A stretch of DNA of 57,104 nt from Candidatus Olsenella stercoravium (GTDB taxonomy: Bacteria > Actinomycetota > Coriobacteriia > Coriobacteriales > Atopobiaceae). The stretch spans positions 1 to 57,104 of the forward strand of contig DXBZ01000035.1 in the NCBI GenBank assembly GCA_019116265.1, in the 5' to 3' direction. The position numbers and the translations under genes are program-made. Of this stretch, positions 40,944 to 50,725 are shown in pieces. Each line of letters begins with the position of its first letter. Within the stretch, counting starts at the first letter, position 1. The notes under the pieces were generated by a model, which saw only the letters and a list, made by a program, of their open reading frames with translations, did no database searches and was not told where the DNA came from.

Positions 40944-41759
40944 CTACGCCTCGAGGTACTTGGCGACGATCTCGTCGTACTCGCTGCTCTCCCGGATGTT
41001 GGCGAGGCCCGCGTTGAACATCTCGATGAGCTCGGGGTTCTCGCCCTTCATGACGGCGAAGCCGTACGGGGTTGCAAACTCCTCCTCGTCGGTGCCGATG
41101 ATCGTGAGGCCGTTGCCCTGCGCCACGCCGTAAGCCATGACGGGGTAGTCCTCGAAGCACGCGGCGGTGTTCCCGGTGAGGACGTCCTGGTACATCATGT
41201 CGGACGTGTCAAAGTAGGTGATGGAGAAGCCGTACTCCTCTGCGATGGACTCGGCCCAGCTGGCGCTCTGGGTGCCGGTCTTGCAGGCCACCGTCATGCC
41301 GTTCAGGTTCTCGAGGCTCGAGACGTCGCCGCCCTCGGCGGCAGCCGCGCAGACGTAGGAGTCGTAGTAGGGGTCGGAGAAGTCGTACTTCTCCTGGCGC
41401 TCCTCGGTGATGGACATGCCGGCGATCACGGCGTCGGCCTGGTTGGACTCGAGGGCGGCCACGGCGGCGTCAAAGCCGAGGGAGTTGAGCTCGTAGGTGA
41501 AGCCCTGGTCGGCGGCGATGGCGGCGAGGATGTCGACGTCGATTCCAACGAACTCGTTGGCGTCGTTGGTGAACTCAAACGGCGCGAAGGTGGTGTCGGT
41601 GGCGACGATGTAGGTCTTGTCCGAGGAGTCGTTGGACGCGGCGCTGGCGTCATCGCCAGACGTGGCGGCGTCGTTGCCGCCGCAGGCGACAAGGCCGAGG
41701 ACAGAGGCGGCACCGCCGGCGATGCCGAGGAACGTACGACGAGAGACAGAAGCGGACAT
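40944..41759 (-). CDS. Polar amino acid ABC transporter substrate-binding lipoprotein
   Basis: SRRTFL Tat-like signal, LVAC lipobox, DTTFAPFEF, GIDVD, AGMSITEER. Confidence 0.92.
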   Translation of the reverse strand: MSASVSRRTFLGIAGGAASVLGLVACGGNDAATSGDDASAASNDSSDKTYIVATDTTFAPFEFTNDANEFVGIDVDILAAIAADQGFTYELNSLGFDAAVAALESNQADAVIAGMSITEERQEKYDFSDPYYDSYVCAAAAEGGDVSSLENLNGMTVACKTGTQSASWAESIAEEYGFSITYFDTSDMMYQDVLTGNTAACFEDYPVMAYGVAQGNGLTIIGTDEEEFATPYGFAVMKGENPELIEMFNAGLANIRESSEYDEIVAKYLEA

Positions 41760-42152
41760 AACAACTCCTCCTTAGGTGATAACGCGCACAAAAACGTCAG
41801 GGAGCCCCGCGCTCCGGGCGGGACCGTCCCTGTACTGTAGCCGAGCGTTATTTCGATTCCTTTAACACTTTGCGGCATAACCTGCCGCCATGCCGAGAAC
41901 TTCACAATATCTCTGTGGCGCCTCACTGCCCAAAAGCCCGCCTCAAGCTCGAGAATCAGCTGGTAAATCGAGCGACTCACCCGCACGACGCCTTCGGCGC
42001 CGCTCCCCCATGAGCAAACCGTTGCAGCGGACGATGAGCAGCGGCATGGCCACGAGGCTCGCAACGAAGAGCACGCCATCCGCGACCATGAGCGCCTTGG
42101 CCTAGGCGCGCTTCCACGCGGGGGCAGAGGACGACTAGTGCGGGCGACGGGC

Positions 42153-42578
42153 TCACGCGCCGGTGTAGGCGTCCTCCGCGGAGTTGGAGAAGTCCTGCTC
42201 GGCAAGCCATGCGGCCTCTGCCTCGGTCTCGGGGAGGTCGATGCGCTCGATCCGGAAGACCACCGGGCGCGTGCCGTCGTTGCAGCAGGCGATCATCACG
42301 CGCTCGTCGTTTGTCCAGCCGTGCATGATGGAGCCGCCCTGCAGCGCCGTGTAGATGTAGCGGCTGACGCAGTCCCACGCCTCGGCGCACGGGAAGGCCG
42401 GGTCGAGGTCGCGCCCGAAGTGCCAGAAGTCGTCGCGTCCGTCCTCGCGCGAGAACAGGAACTCCTGCCCCACCTCGAAGCACGGGCATGGCCCGCTCGC
42501 CGGGTCCGCCAGGTAGCGCTCCTGCAGGTCGGGGAAGCACTTCTTGTCCAGGACCGTCACCTTGCACTGATGCCTCAT
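42153..42578 (-). CDS. TIGR04076 family protein
   Basis: CKVTVL, GPCPCFEVGQEF, CAEAWD, IACCNDGTRPVVFRIERI. Confidence 0.85.
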   Translation of the reverse strand: MRHQCKVTVLDKKCFPDLQERYLADPASGPCPCFEVGQEFLFSREDGRDDFWHFGRDLDPAFPCAEAWDCVSRYIYTALQGGSIMHGWTNDERVMIACCNDGTRPVVFRIERIDLPETEAEAAWLAEQDFSNSAEDAYTGA

Positions 42579-42725
42579 GAGCCCTCCAATCCGTTGCCTT
42601 GTGGGAAGTTATACCCGCCGCGCCGATGGGCGCACCGCTGCGCCCGCGCGCAACGAAGCGTTGCTTGGACCGTGGCCCATGCGCGGCGATACTGGTGCCA
42701 GCAACCAAGCCGAAGGGAGGCCGAC

Positions 42726-43175
42726 ATGGCCATCAAGGACGTGCTGCCCCGCCTGCGCCGCGAGCGCGGGCTCACGCAGGAGGAACTGGCGCGCAGGCTC
42801 TACATCACCCGCCAGGCGGTAAGCCGCTGGGAGCGCGGCGAGACCACGCCGGGGATCGACATGACCAAGCTCATCGCGCGCGAGCTGGGCGTCCCCGTGA
42901 CCGAGCTGCTGGAGATGCCCGAGCACTACTGCCAGAGCTGCGGCATGATGTTCACCGGTCCCGACCAGCTCGGGCACAACGATGACGGCTCCGAGAACCC
43001 CGACTTCTGCCGCTGGTGCTACGACGGCGGCGCCTACACCTACGAGACCACGATGGACGAGATGATCGAGGACTGCGCGCCGCGCATGGCCGAGGCGATG
43101 GGCTGGACCGTGGACGAGAGCGCGTCGCTTCTGGGCGCGGTGCTGCCCACCCTCGAGCGCTGGCGCGACGCGTAG
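42726..43175 (+). CDS. XRE family regulator with a C-terminal zinc-ribbon domain
   Basis: LTQEELA...TRQAVSRWERG; CQSCGM and FCRWCY; LPTLERW; RBS GGAGG. Confidence 0.88.
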   Translation: MAIKDVLPRLRRERGLTQEELARRLYITRQAVSRWERGETTPGIDMTKLIARELGVPVTELLEMPEHYCQSCGMMFTGPDQLGHNDDGSENPDFCRWCYDGGAYTYETTMDEMIEDCAPRMAEAMGWTVDESASLLGAVLPTLERWRDA

Positions 43176-43206
43176 GGCGGGCGGGGCGAGAAGGACGTCG
43201 GGTCGG

Positions 43207-43773
43207 CTATGCGCCGGCGAAGTAGGGACACGCGCCCGCGAGGCACGCGCTGTTGCGACCGGAGACCGCGCAGCGAGGCTCGGATGCCGCAGGCGCGAGC
43301 TCCACGCTGAGCAGGCGCTCGAACCACGGGACCGCGCCGCGCACGGCGATGCGGGCGTCGCGCTTGCAGCAGCGCGGGGCGCCCGCCTCGGCGATCGCCC
43401 GCAGCAGGTCGGAGACCATGAGCTGGCACTCGCTCCAGCCCTCGGGCTTAAGCGGGGCGTTCTCCAGCAGAATCGCGAGTGCCATGCCGCACGACGCCGC
43501 CGCGCCGCACACGCCCCAGCGCGCGCACGCCGCGCCGGGCACCGCCCCCGAGCGCGCCCGGAGCTCCGCGAGCTGCGCGGGCAGGCCCCCTTCCCCACGC
43601 GCGTTGCGAACGCAGGTGACGAGCGCCGCCCCCACCAGATAGTGGTGCACGGGCCCGAAGGCGTCGCACTCCGGCGCCGCCATGAGCTCCTCGAGAAGGT
43701 CGGCGGGGCTCAGCGCGTCGCTCTTCTCGCAGATTATTGTCGCCCAGGCGTATGCGTCCTGCTGGTCGCTCAT
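43207..43773 (-). CDS. Cys-rich DUF5714-like protein
   Basis: GPVHHYLV, VPGAACARWGVCGAA, PRCCKRD, C-terminal C..N..C....CPY. Confidence 0.75.
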   Translation of the reverse strand: MSDQQDAYAWATIICEKSDALSPADLLEELMAAPECDAFGPVHHYLVGAALVTCVRNARGEGGLPAQLAELRARSGAVPGAACARWGVCGAAASCGMALAILLENAPLKPEGWSECQLMVSDLLRAIAEAGAPRCCKRDARIAVRGAVPWFERLLSVELAPAASEPRCAVSGRNSACLAGACPYFAGA

Positions 43774-43788
43774 TGCGTCCCCCATCAT

Positions 43789-43843
43789 ATTGATAATCGT
43801 CGATATATTGCAGAGTGTATACTCTACATCGACGTTTATCAAT
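43789..43843. promoter_or_regulatory. Paired ArsR-type operator in the divergent promoter region
   Basis: ATTGATAATCGTCGAT / ATCGACGTTTATCAAT inverted (15/16), between the DUF5714-like and arsR-like genes. Confidence 0.7.
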
Positions 43844-43875
43844 CTGTTGGGCAGGCGAACGCGAAGGGGATAACC

Positions 43876-44832
43876 ATGGGCGTCACGTTGGGGGAAGCGG
43901 GCACGCGCGACGGGCTCACCGCAGACGTGCTCAAGGCGCTCGCGGACGAGAGGCGCCTCGCCGTCCTGCGCATGCTCTCCCAGACCGACGAGCTCTGCGC
44001 CTGCAGGCTGCTCGAGCGCCTCGACATCAGCCAGCCCACGCTCTCCCACCACATGGCGCTGCTCGTCTCTGCGGGCCTCGTCAGCGCGGAGCGACGGGGC
44101 CGCTGGACGCACTACCGCCTCGAGCGCGGGCGTGTGGCCCGGCTCGCCGCCGCGCTCGGAGAGCTTGCGGGCGAGGTGCCGGAGCGCCCGGGCGCGGCCG
44201 TCCCCGCCGCGCGCAAGACCCTCTACCTCGTCGGCGGCCCGATGGGCGTCGGCAAGTCAACCGTCTGCCGCGAGCTCAACCGCATGCTGCCGCGCTCGGT
44301 CCTTCTCGACGGCGACTGGTGCTGGCAGGCGGACCCCTTCCAGGTGACGCCCGAGACAAAGGCGCTGGTGCTCGACAACATCTGCCACCTGCTCGGCAAC
44401 TTCCTGCGTTGCAGCGCCTACGAGAACGTGGTCTTTGGCTGGGTGATGCACGAGCGGGCGATCGTCGAGGGGATTCTCGCGCGGCTGCCGATCGCCGAGT
44501 GCGGGGCGCAGGTGCGCTGGGTCTCGCTCGTGGCGAGCGAGGAGGAGCTGCGCGGACGCGTCGAGCGGGACGTGGACGCCGGACTGCGCGAGGCGGACGC
44601 GACGGAGCGCGCCCTCTCCTACCTGCCGCTCTACCGGGAGCTCGGCTCCGAGCTCGTGGACACCACCGGGCGCTCGCCCCGCGAGGTGGCGGAGCTCATC
44701 GCGGGCCGTCGCGAGCGCTTCCGACGGCTCACGCAGGCCATCGAGGCGGACGCGGCAGCCGAGCCGGCGTGGGACCCCACTGTCTCCGACCGGGACCTTC
44801 TCGATGCGGAGCGGGTAAGCCGCTTTGACTAG
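43876..44832 (+). CDS. ArsR-family HTH fused to a P-loop nucleotide-kinase-like domain
   Basis: KALADERRL, ELCAC, SQPTLSHH; then GGPMGVGKST, LDGDWCW; the C-terminal tail may be an antitoxin remnant. Confidence 0.8.
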   Translation: MGVTLGEAGTRDGLTADVLKALADERRLAVLRMLSQTDELCACRLLERLDISQPTLSHHMALLVSAGLVSAERRGRWTHYRLERGRVARLAAALGELAGEVPERPGAAVPAARKTLYLVGGPMGVGKSTVCRELNRMLPRSVLLDGDWCWQADPFQVTPETKALVLDNICHLLGNFLRCSAYENVVFGWVMHERAIVEGILARLPIAECGAQVRWVSLVASEEELRGRVERDVDAGLREADATERALSYLPLYRELGSELVDTTGRSPREVAELIAGRRERFRRLTQAIEADAAAEPAWDPTVSDRDLLDAERVSRFD

Positions 44833-44975
44833 GGTCGTTCTCGACACCAACATCGTCCTCGACTACCTGAGCGCCACGAGGCCTCGTCATCTCGATGCCG
44901 TCAATCTGCTGGAGTGCCTCTTATCGTCAGAGGACACCGCAGCGGTCATTCCCGCCGGCAGCGTCGAGGACACCC
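44825..44975 (+). pseudogene. Truncated PIN-domain (VapC-like) toxin fragment
   Basis: TTG start overlapping the upstream stop; RVVLDTNIVLDYL PIN N-terminus; similarity lost after about 45 codons. Confidence 0.65.
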
Positions 44976-45031
44976 CGGGCGGCGCCCCGCGCTACACTGG
45001 GCGCACGCCCACGCCGCGCGAAGGAGGCACC

Positions 45032-45382
45032 ATGCCGCGCACGCCCATCGCAAAGATGTCGCTCGCCAAGGTCTACCCGCTGCTCGTCCAGAAGGCCGAG
45101 CGCAAGGGTCGCACGCGCGAGGAGGTGGACGAGGTGACCTGCTGGCTCACCGGATACGACGTCGCCGGCCTCGAACGCCAGATCGCGGCCGGAGTCGACT
45201 ACGAGACGTTCTTCTCGGAGGCGCCGGCGCTGAACCCCAACAGGACGCTCATCACCGGCAAGGTCTGCGGCGTGGACGTTGCCGCCATCGCCGACCCCGT
45301 GGAGCAGAACGCCCGCTACCTCGACAAGCTCGTCGACGAGCTCGCCCGCGGACGTGCCATGGAGAAGATCCTGCGCTCGTAG
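45032..45382 (+). CDS. DUF2200 family protein
   Basis: VYPLLVQKAERKGRT, WLTGY, ITGKVCGV, RYLDKLVDELARG; RBS AAGGAGG. Confidence 0.88.
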   Translation: MPRTPIAKMSLAKVYPLLVQKAERKGRTREEVDEVTCWLTGYDVAGLERQIAAGVDYETFFSEAPALNPNRTLITGKVCGVDVAAIADPVEQNARYLDKLVDELARGRAMEKILRS

Positions 45383-45488
45383 CCGCCCCGTTTCCACAGG
45401 TAACCACCAACTCGCCCAACGGTCGATTGACGCGCGGGAGGCTGCGGCGCAGCATCGTGGCCACGTTCCGACCCAGGAGGGAGACCAC

Positions 45489-46274
45489 ATGACAGACAGC
45501 CCGGAGCCGCGCGAGCCGAAGACCCCGCAGCTCGACGCCGCGACCCTCGGCGCGTTTGTCGCCCGTGTCCGCGCCGAGCGCGGCCTCACGCAGCGACAGC
45601 TCGCCGAGCGCCTCTACGTGAGCGACAAGACCGTGAGCAAGTGGGAACGTGGGCTCAGTCTGCCGAGCGTCCCGTTGCTCGTGCCGCTCGCCAGGGCCCT
45701 CGGCCTCTCCATCTCCGAGCTCATGGCCTGCGAGGAGGCACCGCACGAGGAGCGCCTGGGGCGCGCCGAGGCTGACCGGCTCATCGCCGCCTCGCTCGAC
45801 CTCTCGGGCGCAGCGCTCACCGGGCGGCAGCGGGCGCTGCGGTGCGCCGCCTTTGCGGCGACGGTCGCCGTCTGGGGTGTGCTCACGGTAGCCGCCGCCC
45901 ACCTGCGCAACCTCGACACCCTGCTCTCCGGATTTTCCGACCCCGCCGTCGCCGGAGGCCTCCTCATGCTCGTGGCGCTGGCGTGGTTCTCGTTCTTCTG
46001 CCATGAGACCCTGCCCGGATACTATGACGAGAACCGCATCTCCTTCGTGACGCAGGGCCCCTTCCGCATGAACCTCGGCTGCCTCATGCGCGTCCACAAC
46101 GGCAACTGGCTCGCCATCTGCCGCGCGGCCCGCTGGTCAGCCGCCGCAGCGGCGGTCCTGCTGCCGGCGCTCGAGCTTGCGCTGGGAGACGTCCTGCCCA
46201 ACACCATGGTCGGGCTTCTTGGCTGTGCGGTCTTCTTCGTGCCCATACTCGTCGCCGGCAAGCTGAACGAGTAG
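45489..46274 (+). CDS. XRE family regulator with C-terminal membrane domain
   Basis: LTQRQLAERLYVSDKTVSKWERG; 4 TM; LPGYYDENRIS; RBS AGGAGG. Confidence 0.85.
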   Translation: MTDSPEPREPKTPQLDAATLGAFVARVRAERGLTQRQLAERLYVSDKTVSKWERGLSLPSVPLLVPLARALGLSISELMACEEAPHEERLGRAEADRLIAASLDLSGAALTGRQRALRCAAFAATVAVWGVLTVAAAHLRNLDTLLSGFSDPAVAGGLLMLVALAWFSFFCHETLPGYYDENRISFVTQGPFRMNLGCLMRVHNGNWLAICRAARWSAAAAAVLLPALELALGDVLPNTMVGLLGCAVFFVPILVAGKLNE

Positions 46275-46299
46275 CGAGAGGGACGTAGGGCCCGGACTG

Positions 46300-46725
46300 C
46301 TACGCCAGGCAGGACTCGAGCGCGGCGACCAGGAACTCCGTCGCGCCCTCGCCCGCCGCCGTGTCGTAGTACGCACGAAAGCGGTTGTCGGCGAGATACA
46401 TCCGCGCGAGGCCGCGGTGCGCCTCGCGCGAGTAGCGCCCCTCGCCCCAGTGCAGGGCGATCCAGCGCGCGTGCATCCGCGCGAGCTCGCGGGCCGGCTC
46501 GCCTGACGGATTGTCTATCTCCATGGCGGTGCGCAGGAGCTCCTTGATTGCCTGCTCAAGCCGGTCCTTCTCATCCCACTCGTCCTGGGAGAGGGAGGCC
46601 AGCCGCTCGTTCGCCGCGTCCACTGCGTCGTCGCTGTAGCGCTCGCGCGCCTCGCGACCATGCGCGCGCTCGTTCTCCTCGATCGCCCGGCGCTTGAGCG
46701 CCTCGAAGGCGGCGTGCTCGTTCAT
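46300..46725 (-). CDS. Stand-alone TipAS-type antibiotic-recognition domain (possibly a truncated MerR/TipA)
   Basis: EARERY, HARWI, GLARMYLADNRFRAYYD; no HTH. Confidence 0.72.
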   Translation of the reverse strand: MNEHAAFEALKRRAIEENERAHGREARERYSDDAVDAANERLASLSQDEWDEKDRLEQAIKELLRTAMEIDNPSGEPARELARMHARWIALHWGEGRYSREAHRGLARMYLADNRFRAYYDTAAGEGATEFLVAALESCLA

Positions 46726-46754
46726 GTCCTAATCCCTTCCGCTGCGGTGATACG

Positions 46755-46787
46755 TATTGTATGCAATAACTTGCAATTGGATATAAT
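46755..46787 (+). promoter_or_regulatory. TA operon promoter/operator
   Basis: Near-palindrome TATTGTATGCAATA 46755-68 and TATAAT 46782-87 upstream of the antitoxin. Confidence 0.55.
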
Positions 46788-46820
46788 TCAATCGTAGTCA
46801 TTTGATTGCAAGGAGCCATC

Positions 46821-47081
46821 ATGTCAGCATCAACTATCCCTCTTGGCAATCGTGTTGACGCCAACCTCAAGCGGGCCTTCGACTCAACCGCAGAGGAGCT
46901 CGGACTCACGCCCACCTCGGCGCTCACTGTCTTCATGAAGCGCTTTGTCGAGGAGGGCGGCTTCCCCTTCGCCGTTCGCAAGCGCGTGCCCACCGAGGCG
47001 GAGTACGCCGCAGAGATGGACGCTCGCTATCGCGCGATGCGCAGCGGCGGCGAGCAGGCGCACGACCTCGTGGAGGCATAG
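46821..47081 (+). CDS. RelB/DinJ family antitoxin
   Basis: RVDANLKRAF...LGLTPTSALTVFMKRFVEEGGFPF; RBS AGGAG. Confidence 0.85.
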   Translation: MSASTIPLGNRVDANLKRAFDSTAEELGLTPTSALTVFMKRFVEEGGFPFAVRKRVPTEAEYAAEMDARYRAMRSGGEQAHDLVEA

Positions 47082-47351
47082 ATGCCCTACCTCTGGGATG
47101 ACCAGGCGTGGGCCGACTACCAGTACTGGCTGACGCAGGACAAGAAGACCCTGCGACGCATCAACGCGCTGCTCAAGGACATTGCCAGAACCGGTGGCAC
47201 GGAGCGCGGCATCGGGAAGAGCGAGCTGCTCAGGCACTCAGCGGAGGGCCTGAACAGCGTTCGCATAGACGCAAAGAATCGGCTGACCTACAAGGTCGAG
47301 GACGGAGTCGTACGCGTGATCTCGTGCCGCGGGCACTATGAGGACCGCTAG
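47082..47351 (+). CDS. yoeB: Txe/YoeB family toxin
   Basis: AWADYQYW, RINALLKDI, GIGKSELL, SVRI...RLTY, SCRGHY. Confidence 0.9.
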   Translation: MPYLWDDQAWADYQYWLTQDKKTLRRINALLKDIARTGGTERGIGKSELLRHSAEGLNSVRIDAKNRLTYKVEDGVVRVISCRGHYEDR

Positions 47352-47467
47352 GCCCGCGCGTCACGCGTCATTGTGCGCCACCGCCACGCAGCCGCGGCAC
47401 GTCCTTTTGCCTTGCCCTTCTTCGTAAAACTATCGTATACTAGGTTTTAACGACCACGGGAGGCAGC

Positions 47468-48091
47468 ATGGGACGACCGTCCGGGCCAACGCACGACACC
47501 AAGCGCCTCATCTGCGAGCGCGCCCTCGAGGTGTTTGCCGAAAAGGGCTACGCCTCGGCGTCGATGCGCGACGTAGCGGCCGCAGTGGGCCTGCGCGAGG
47601 CCTCGCTCTACAGCCACTTCCCCGGCAAGCAGGCCATCTTCGACGCGGCGGTGGCACACCAGCTCGACCGCCTGACGCAGGCGCTGCGCTCCCGCCGCGC
47701 CCTCGCCCATCCCACCGACGACCCGAGCGCCTACCTCACGGACGGGCCCGCGCTTGCCGAGGTGGTTCTCGCCAGCTACGAGCCCCTCTTCGCAGACACC
47801 GGCATCGTGCGCCTGCGCCGCGTGCTCGAGGGGGCGCGCCACACGGACCCCCGCTGTGACGAGCTCTACCGCACCGTCTTCGTCGAGCGGCCGCTCGAGC
47901 TGCAGCGCGCGATCTTCTCGCGCCTCGTCGACGCCGGCCTCTTCTCCCCCTGCGACGTCAACCTCGCCGCCCGCCAGTTCCACGGGCCCGTGTTCCTCGC
48001 GCTCTGCGAGGGCACGCCCTGGCCGGAGGCGCGCGGGCTCGTCGAGCGCCACCTCGAGGCGTTTCTCGCCCAGCATCGAGCGAAGGAGTGA
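47468..48091 (+). CDS. TetR/AcrR family regulator
   Basis: FAEKGYASASMRDVA...SLYSHFPGKQAI; imperfect palindrome at 47425-49 upstream. Confidence 0.92.
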   Translation: MGRPSGPTHDTKRLICERALEVFAEKGYASASMRDVAAAVGLREASLYSHFPGKQAIFDAAVAHQLDRLTQALRSRRALAHPTDDPSAYLTDGPALAEVVLASYEPLFADTGIVRLRRVLEGARHTDPRCDELYRTVFVERPLELQRAIFSRLVDAGLFSPCDVNLAARQFHGPVFLALCEGTPWPEARGLVERHLEAFLAQHRAKE

Positions 48092-48093
48092 GC

Positions 48094-48630
48094 ATGAGCA
48101 CCGCCGTCGTCTACTGCTCGCAGACCGGGTTCACCGAGAGGTACGCCCGCTGGCTCGCGGAGTCCCTCGGGACCAGGGCCGTCCCGTTCTCCGAGCGCTC
48201 CTCGTCCCCCGTGGCCGCCGCGGAGAAGCTCGTCTTTCTCAGCTGGTTCCACGCCGGAGGGCTCAAGGGCGCGCGCTGGCTGCGCGACCTCATGGACAAG
48301 CGCCCCGAACGCCGCTACGTGGTCGTGGGCGTGGGGGCCTACCCCATGCCGAGCGAGGAGTGGCCCAGGAGCGAGACCGACGCCGCCTTTGAGCACGCGT
48401 TCCCGAGCGGGCGCTATCCCCGCCTCGCGCGCTTCTACTGCCAGGGCGGCTTTGACTTCGACCGCCTGTGCGCCCTCGACAAGCTGGCGATGCGCGCGTT
48501 CTTCCGCATGCAGGCAAAGGAGGCCGAGGCCGACCCGCGCATCGCCTTCGCGCTCGACGCCATGCGCGAGGGCTTTGACGGGACGCGGCGCGAGTACCTG
48601 CAGCCGGTGCTCGAGCACCTGCGGGGCTGA
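48094..48630 (+). CDS. Flavodoxin domain protein (HemG-like)
   Basis: VVYCSQTGFTERYARWLAE, FYCQGGFD. Confidence 0.82.
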   Translation: MSTAVVYCSQTGFTERYARWLAESLGTRAVPFSERSSSPVAAAEKLVFLSWFHAGGLKGARWLRDLMDKRPERRYVVVGVGAYPMPSEEWPRSETDAAFEHAFPSGRYPRLARFYCQGGFDFDRLCALDKLAMRAFFRMQAKEAEADPRIAFALDAMREGFDGTRREYLQPVLEHLRG

Positions 48631-48782
48631 GCCGCTACCCCTCCGCTCCCCCGCGCCCACGCAGCTCGCTCGGGAGGCCGTCCGTGTCAAAGGGGCGCGG
48701 GGCCGGCACGTCCTTCTCGCCCCCAAAGCGAACCTCCGCTCGCTCCGGCGAGAAGAACCTCCTCACGCGGCCCGCGATCGCG

Positions 48783-49724
48783 TCACGCGCCGTCGGCGAG
48801 CCTCATGTAGAGCAGCGGGTAGGGGCGGCCGTCGTCGTCGGCTGGCGTGCGGCGGTACGCCGAGAAGCCCATGCGCTCGTAGAAGCCCACGGCCTGGCGG
48901 TTCTGCTCGTTCACCGAGACCTCACGCGCGCCGAGGAGCTCCGTCGCCCGCTCCATGAGCAGCCGCCCCACGCCATGCCCACGCTCCTCGGGGTCCACGA
49001 AGAGCATCTCCACAAAGCCCCCGTCCATGCCGAGAAACCCGATTGGGTTGCCCGACCGGCGCGCCACGAGGAGGCGCGGGACCCCTTCGATGGCGCCGGG
49101 CACCACGGGGCGCATCCGCCCCACCTCGCCGGGCAGCAGAAAGTCGTGCGTCGCGCGGACCGAGCGCTCCCAGACGTCGACGAGCACGCGCACCAGGGCC
49201 GCGGGGCGCTCGGGGGCCTCGGCGACGGCCAGCCCCTCGCGCTCTAGGGCGAGAAGGGCGCGCTTGCGCCAGACGCCACCGGCATAGCCGGTGAACTCGC
49301 CGCTGGCCCCGAGCACGCGATGGCAGCCCACGATCACGGAGACCGGGTTGCGCCCCACCGCCGAGCCGACGGCACGCGCCGAGGTGGGTCGCCCGAGCCG
49401 CTCGCCCACGCGCGCCGCAAGCTCGCCGTACGTGGCGGTCTGGCCGAACCCCACGAGGCGCAGCTCGTCCCAGACGGCGCGCTGGAACGATGTGCCCACG
49501 AGCGCGAGCGGCGGCACGGCGTCGGGGCGGCCGCCCGTGAAGTAGGCGTCCAGCCATGAGCGCGCCTCATCAAAGACGGCCAGGTCGTCGCAGGCGAAGG
49601 CGTCTGGTGCCAAGCCTGCGGCAAAGCGACGCTGTCCCTCAAACCAGAGCCCGGTGAGCGCAGAGCCGTCGCTCGCAAGCAGCATCTCCCCCAGCGGGGA
49701 GCGATAGACGGACGTGCACCTCAC
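48783..49724 (-). CDS. ogt: Methylated-DNA-protein-cysteine methyltransferase (Ogt) fused to a GNAT acetyltransferase
   Basis: [26 protein letters not shown]; then [29 protein letters not shown]. Confidence 0.85.
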   Translation of the reverse strand: MRCTSVYRSPLGEMLLASDGSALTGLWFEGQRRFAAGLAPDAFACDDLAVFDEARSWLDAYFTGGRPDAVPPLALVGTSFQRAVWDELRLVGFGQTATYGELAARVGERLGRPTSARAVGSAVGRNPVSVIVGCHRVLGASGEFTGYAGGVWRKRALLALEREGLAVAEAPERPAALVRVLVDVWERSVRATHDFLLPGEVGRMRPVVPGAIEGVPRLLVARRSGNPIGFLGMDGGFVEMLFVDPEERGHGVGRLLMERATELLGAREVSVNEQNRQAVGFYERMGFSAYRRTPADDDGRPYPLLYMRLADGA

Positions 49725-50164
49725 GGCTGCTCGCCGAGCCCCGCCCTACGGCGCAGCTCGCCCATCAGGTTGTCGTTGCCGATCACCGAGACCGCAGCGT
49801 CACCGTCCCGCGGCGCCTCGATGAAGACGCCGTCGAGTGCCGCTGTGCACTTGTGGCCGGTGAACTGCTCAAACGAGCCCGTGTAGGGGCGCACGCCCGT
49901 CACGTGCTCGTACGGGATGATCGTGCGCGCCCAGCCAAAGACGATCTCAAGGCGGTCGGCGTAGAGCTCCACACGGTTGCGCACCACCGTCGGCCACAGC
50001 ACGACGGCGCCAACGACGAGCAGTGCCGCCGGCACACCGGCCGGCATTCCGGGCTGCAGCGCCAGAATCGCCGCTGCAGCGGCCACAAGACCGGAAAGCG
50101 CGCCATACCACGGCGCCACCTTCCCGCGAAAGACGAGCTCGGGATTGCCCTTGTAGATGCGCAT
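49721..50164 (-). CDS. Small membrane protein with a bacterial PH-like domain
   Basis: Two TM segments followed by a beta-rich region (LEIVFGW..IIPYEHV); overlaps the ogt start. Confidence 0.6.
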   Translation of the reverse strand: MRIYKGNPELVFRGKVAPWYGALSGLVAAAAAILALQPGMPAGVPAALLVVGAVVLWPTVVRNRVELYADRLEIVFGWARTIIPYEHVTGVRPYTGSFEQFTGHKCTAALDGVFIEAPRDGDAAVSVIGNDNLMGELRRRAGLGEQP

Positions 50165-50165
50165 G

Positions 50166-50605
50166 TCAGCTCACCTCGCACGGCAGCAGGTCGGCCAGCT
50201 CGTGCGGGCGAACGCCCACGAGCGGGTGCGGCACGTACGGCTCCTCGAGGTAGGCGCGCTCATCCTCCGTGAGCTCCACGTCAAGCGCGCGGGCAACGCC
50301 GCACGCGAGAGGCCGCCCTCGTTGTAGAAGACCTTGCTCGCCAGCACCACGCGGTCGCGCGGGATGCCCAGCTCGCGCAGGGCCCGCCCGATGAACTCCT
50401 CGCTCGTGCCGTCCGCGTAGCAGTTGGCCGTGTCGATGAAGTTGATGCCGGCGTCCGTCGCCGCCGCGATCACGGCGCGCGTCTCGTCGTAGCCCACGGT
50501 CCACGGCCGCGGCGCGGTGGGCACGCCAAAGCCCATCCCACCCAGGCAGACCCGCGAGACCGTGAGACCCGAACCGCCCAGCTTGACGTATCGCATGTCC
50601 GCCAT
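50166..50605 (-). pseudogene. Aldo/keto reductase with a large internal deletion and frameshift
   Basis: N-terminus LGGSGLTVSRVCLG..GINFIDTANCY..SEE..ASKV; C-terminus ALDVELTEDERAYLEEPYVPH in another frame; middle missing. Confidence 0.85.
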
Positions 50606-50725
50606 GTCCCACCGTCCTTCTCGCCCGTCGCGTTGTGCCCATTCTATTCCGACGAGCACGCGCATACGAGACTGACGACGTTTTAGGGCGCCAAAACGCT
50701 GGAAGTCGCGTGCGGGGCCAGGGGG

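Noticed and set aside
41943-42105. Short hydrophobic ORF (MVADGVLFVASLVAMPLLIV...) on the minus strand
   Set aside because: Preceded by an in-frame stop with no RBS; likely a remnant, so not called as a gene
44825-45382. PIN-DUF2200 fusion as a single protein
   Set aside because: PIN part is truncated and DUF2200 has its own strong RBS and ATG at 45032
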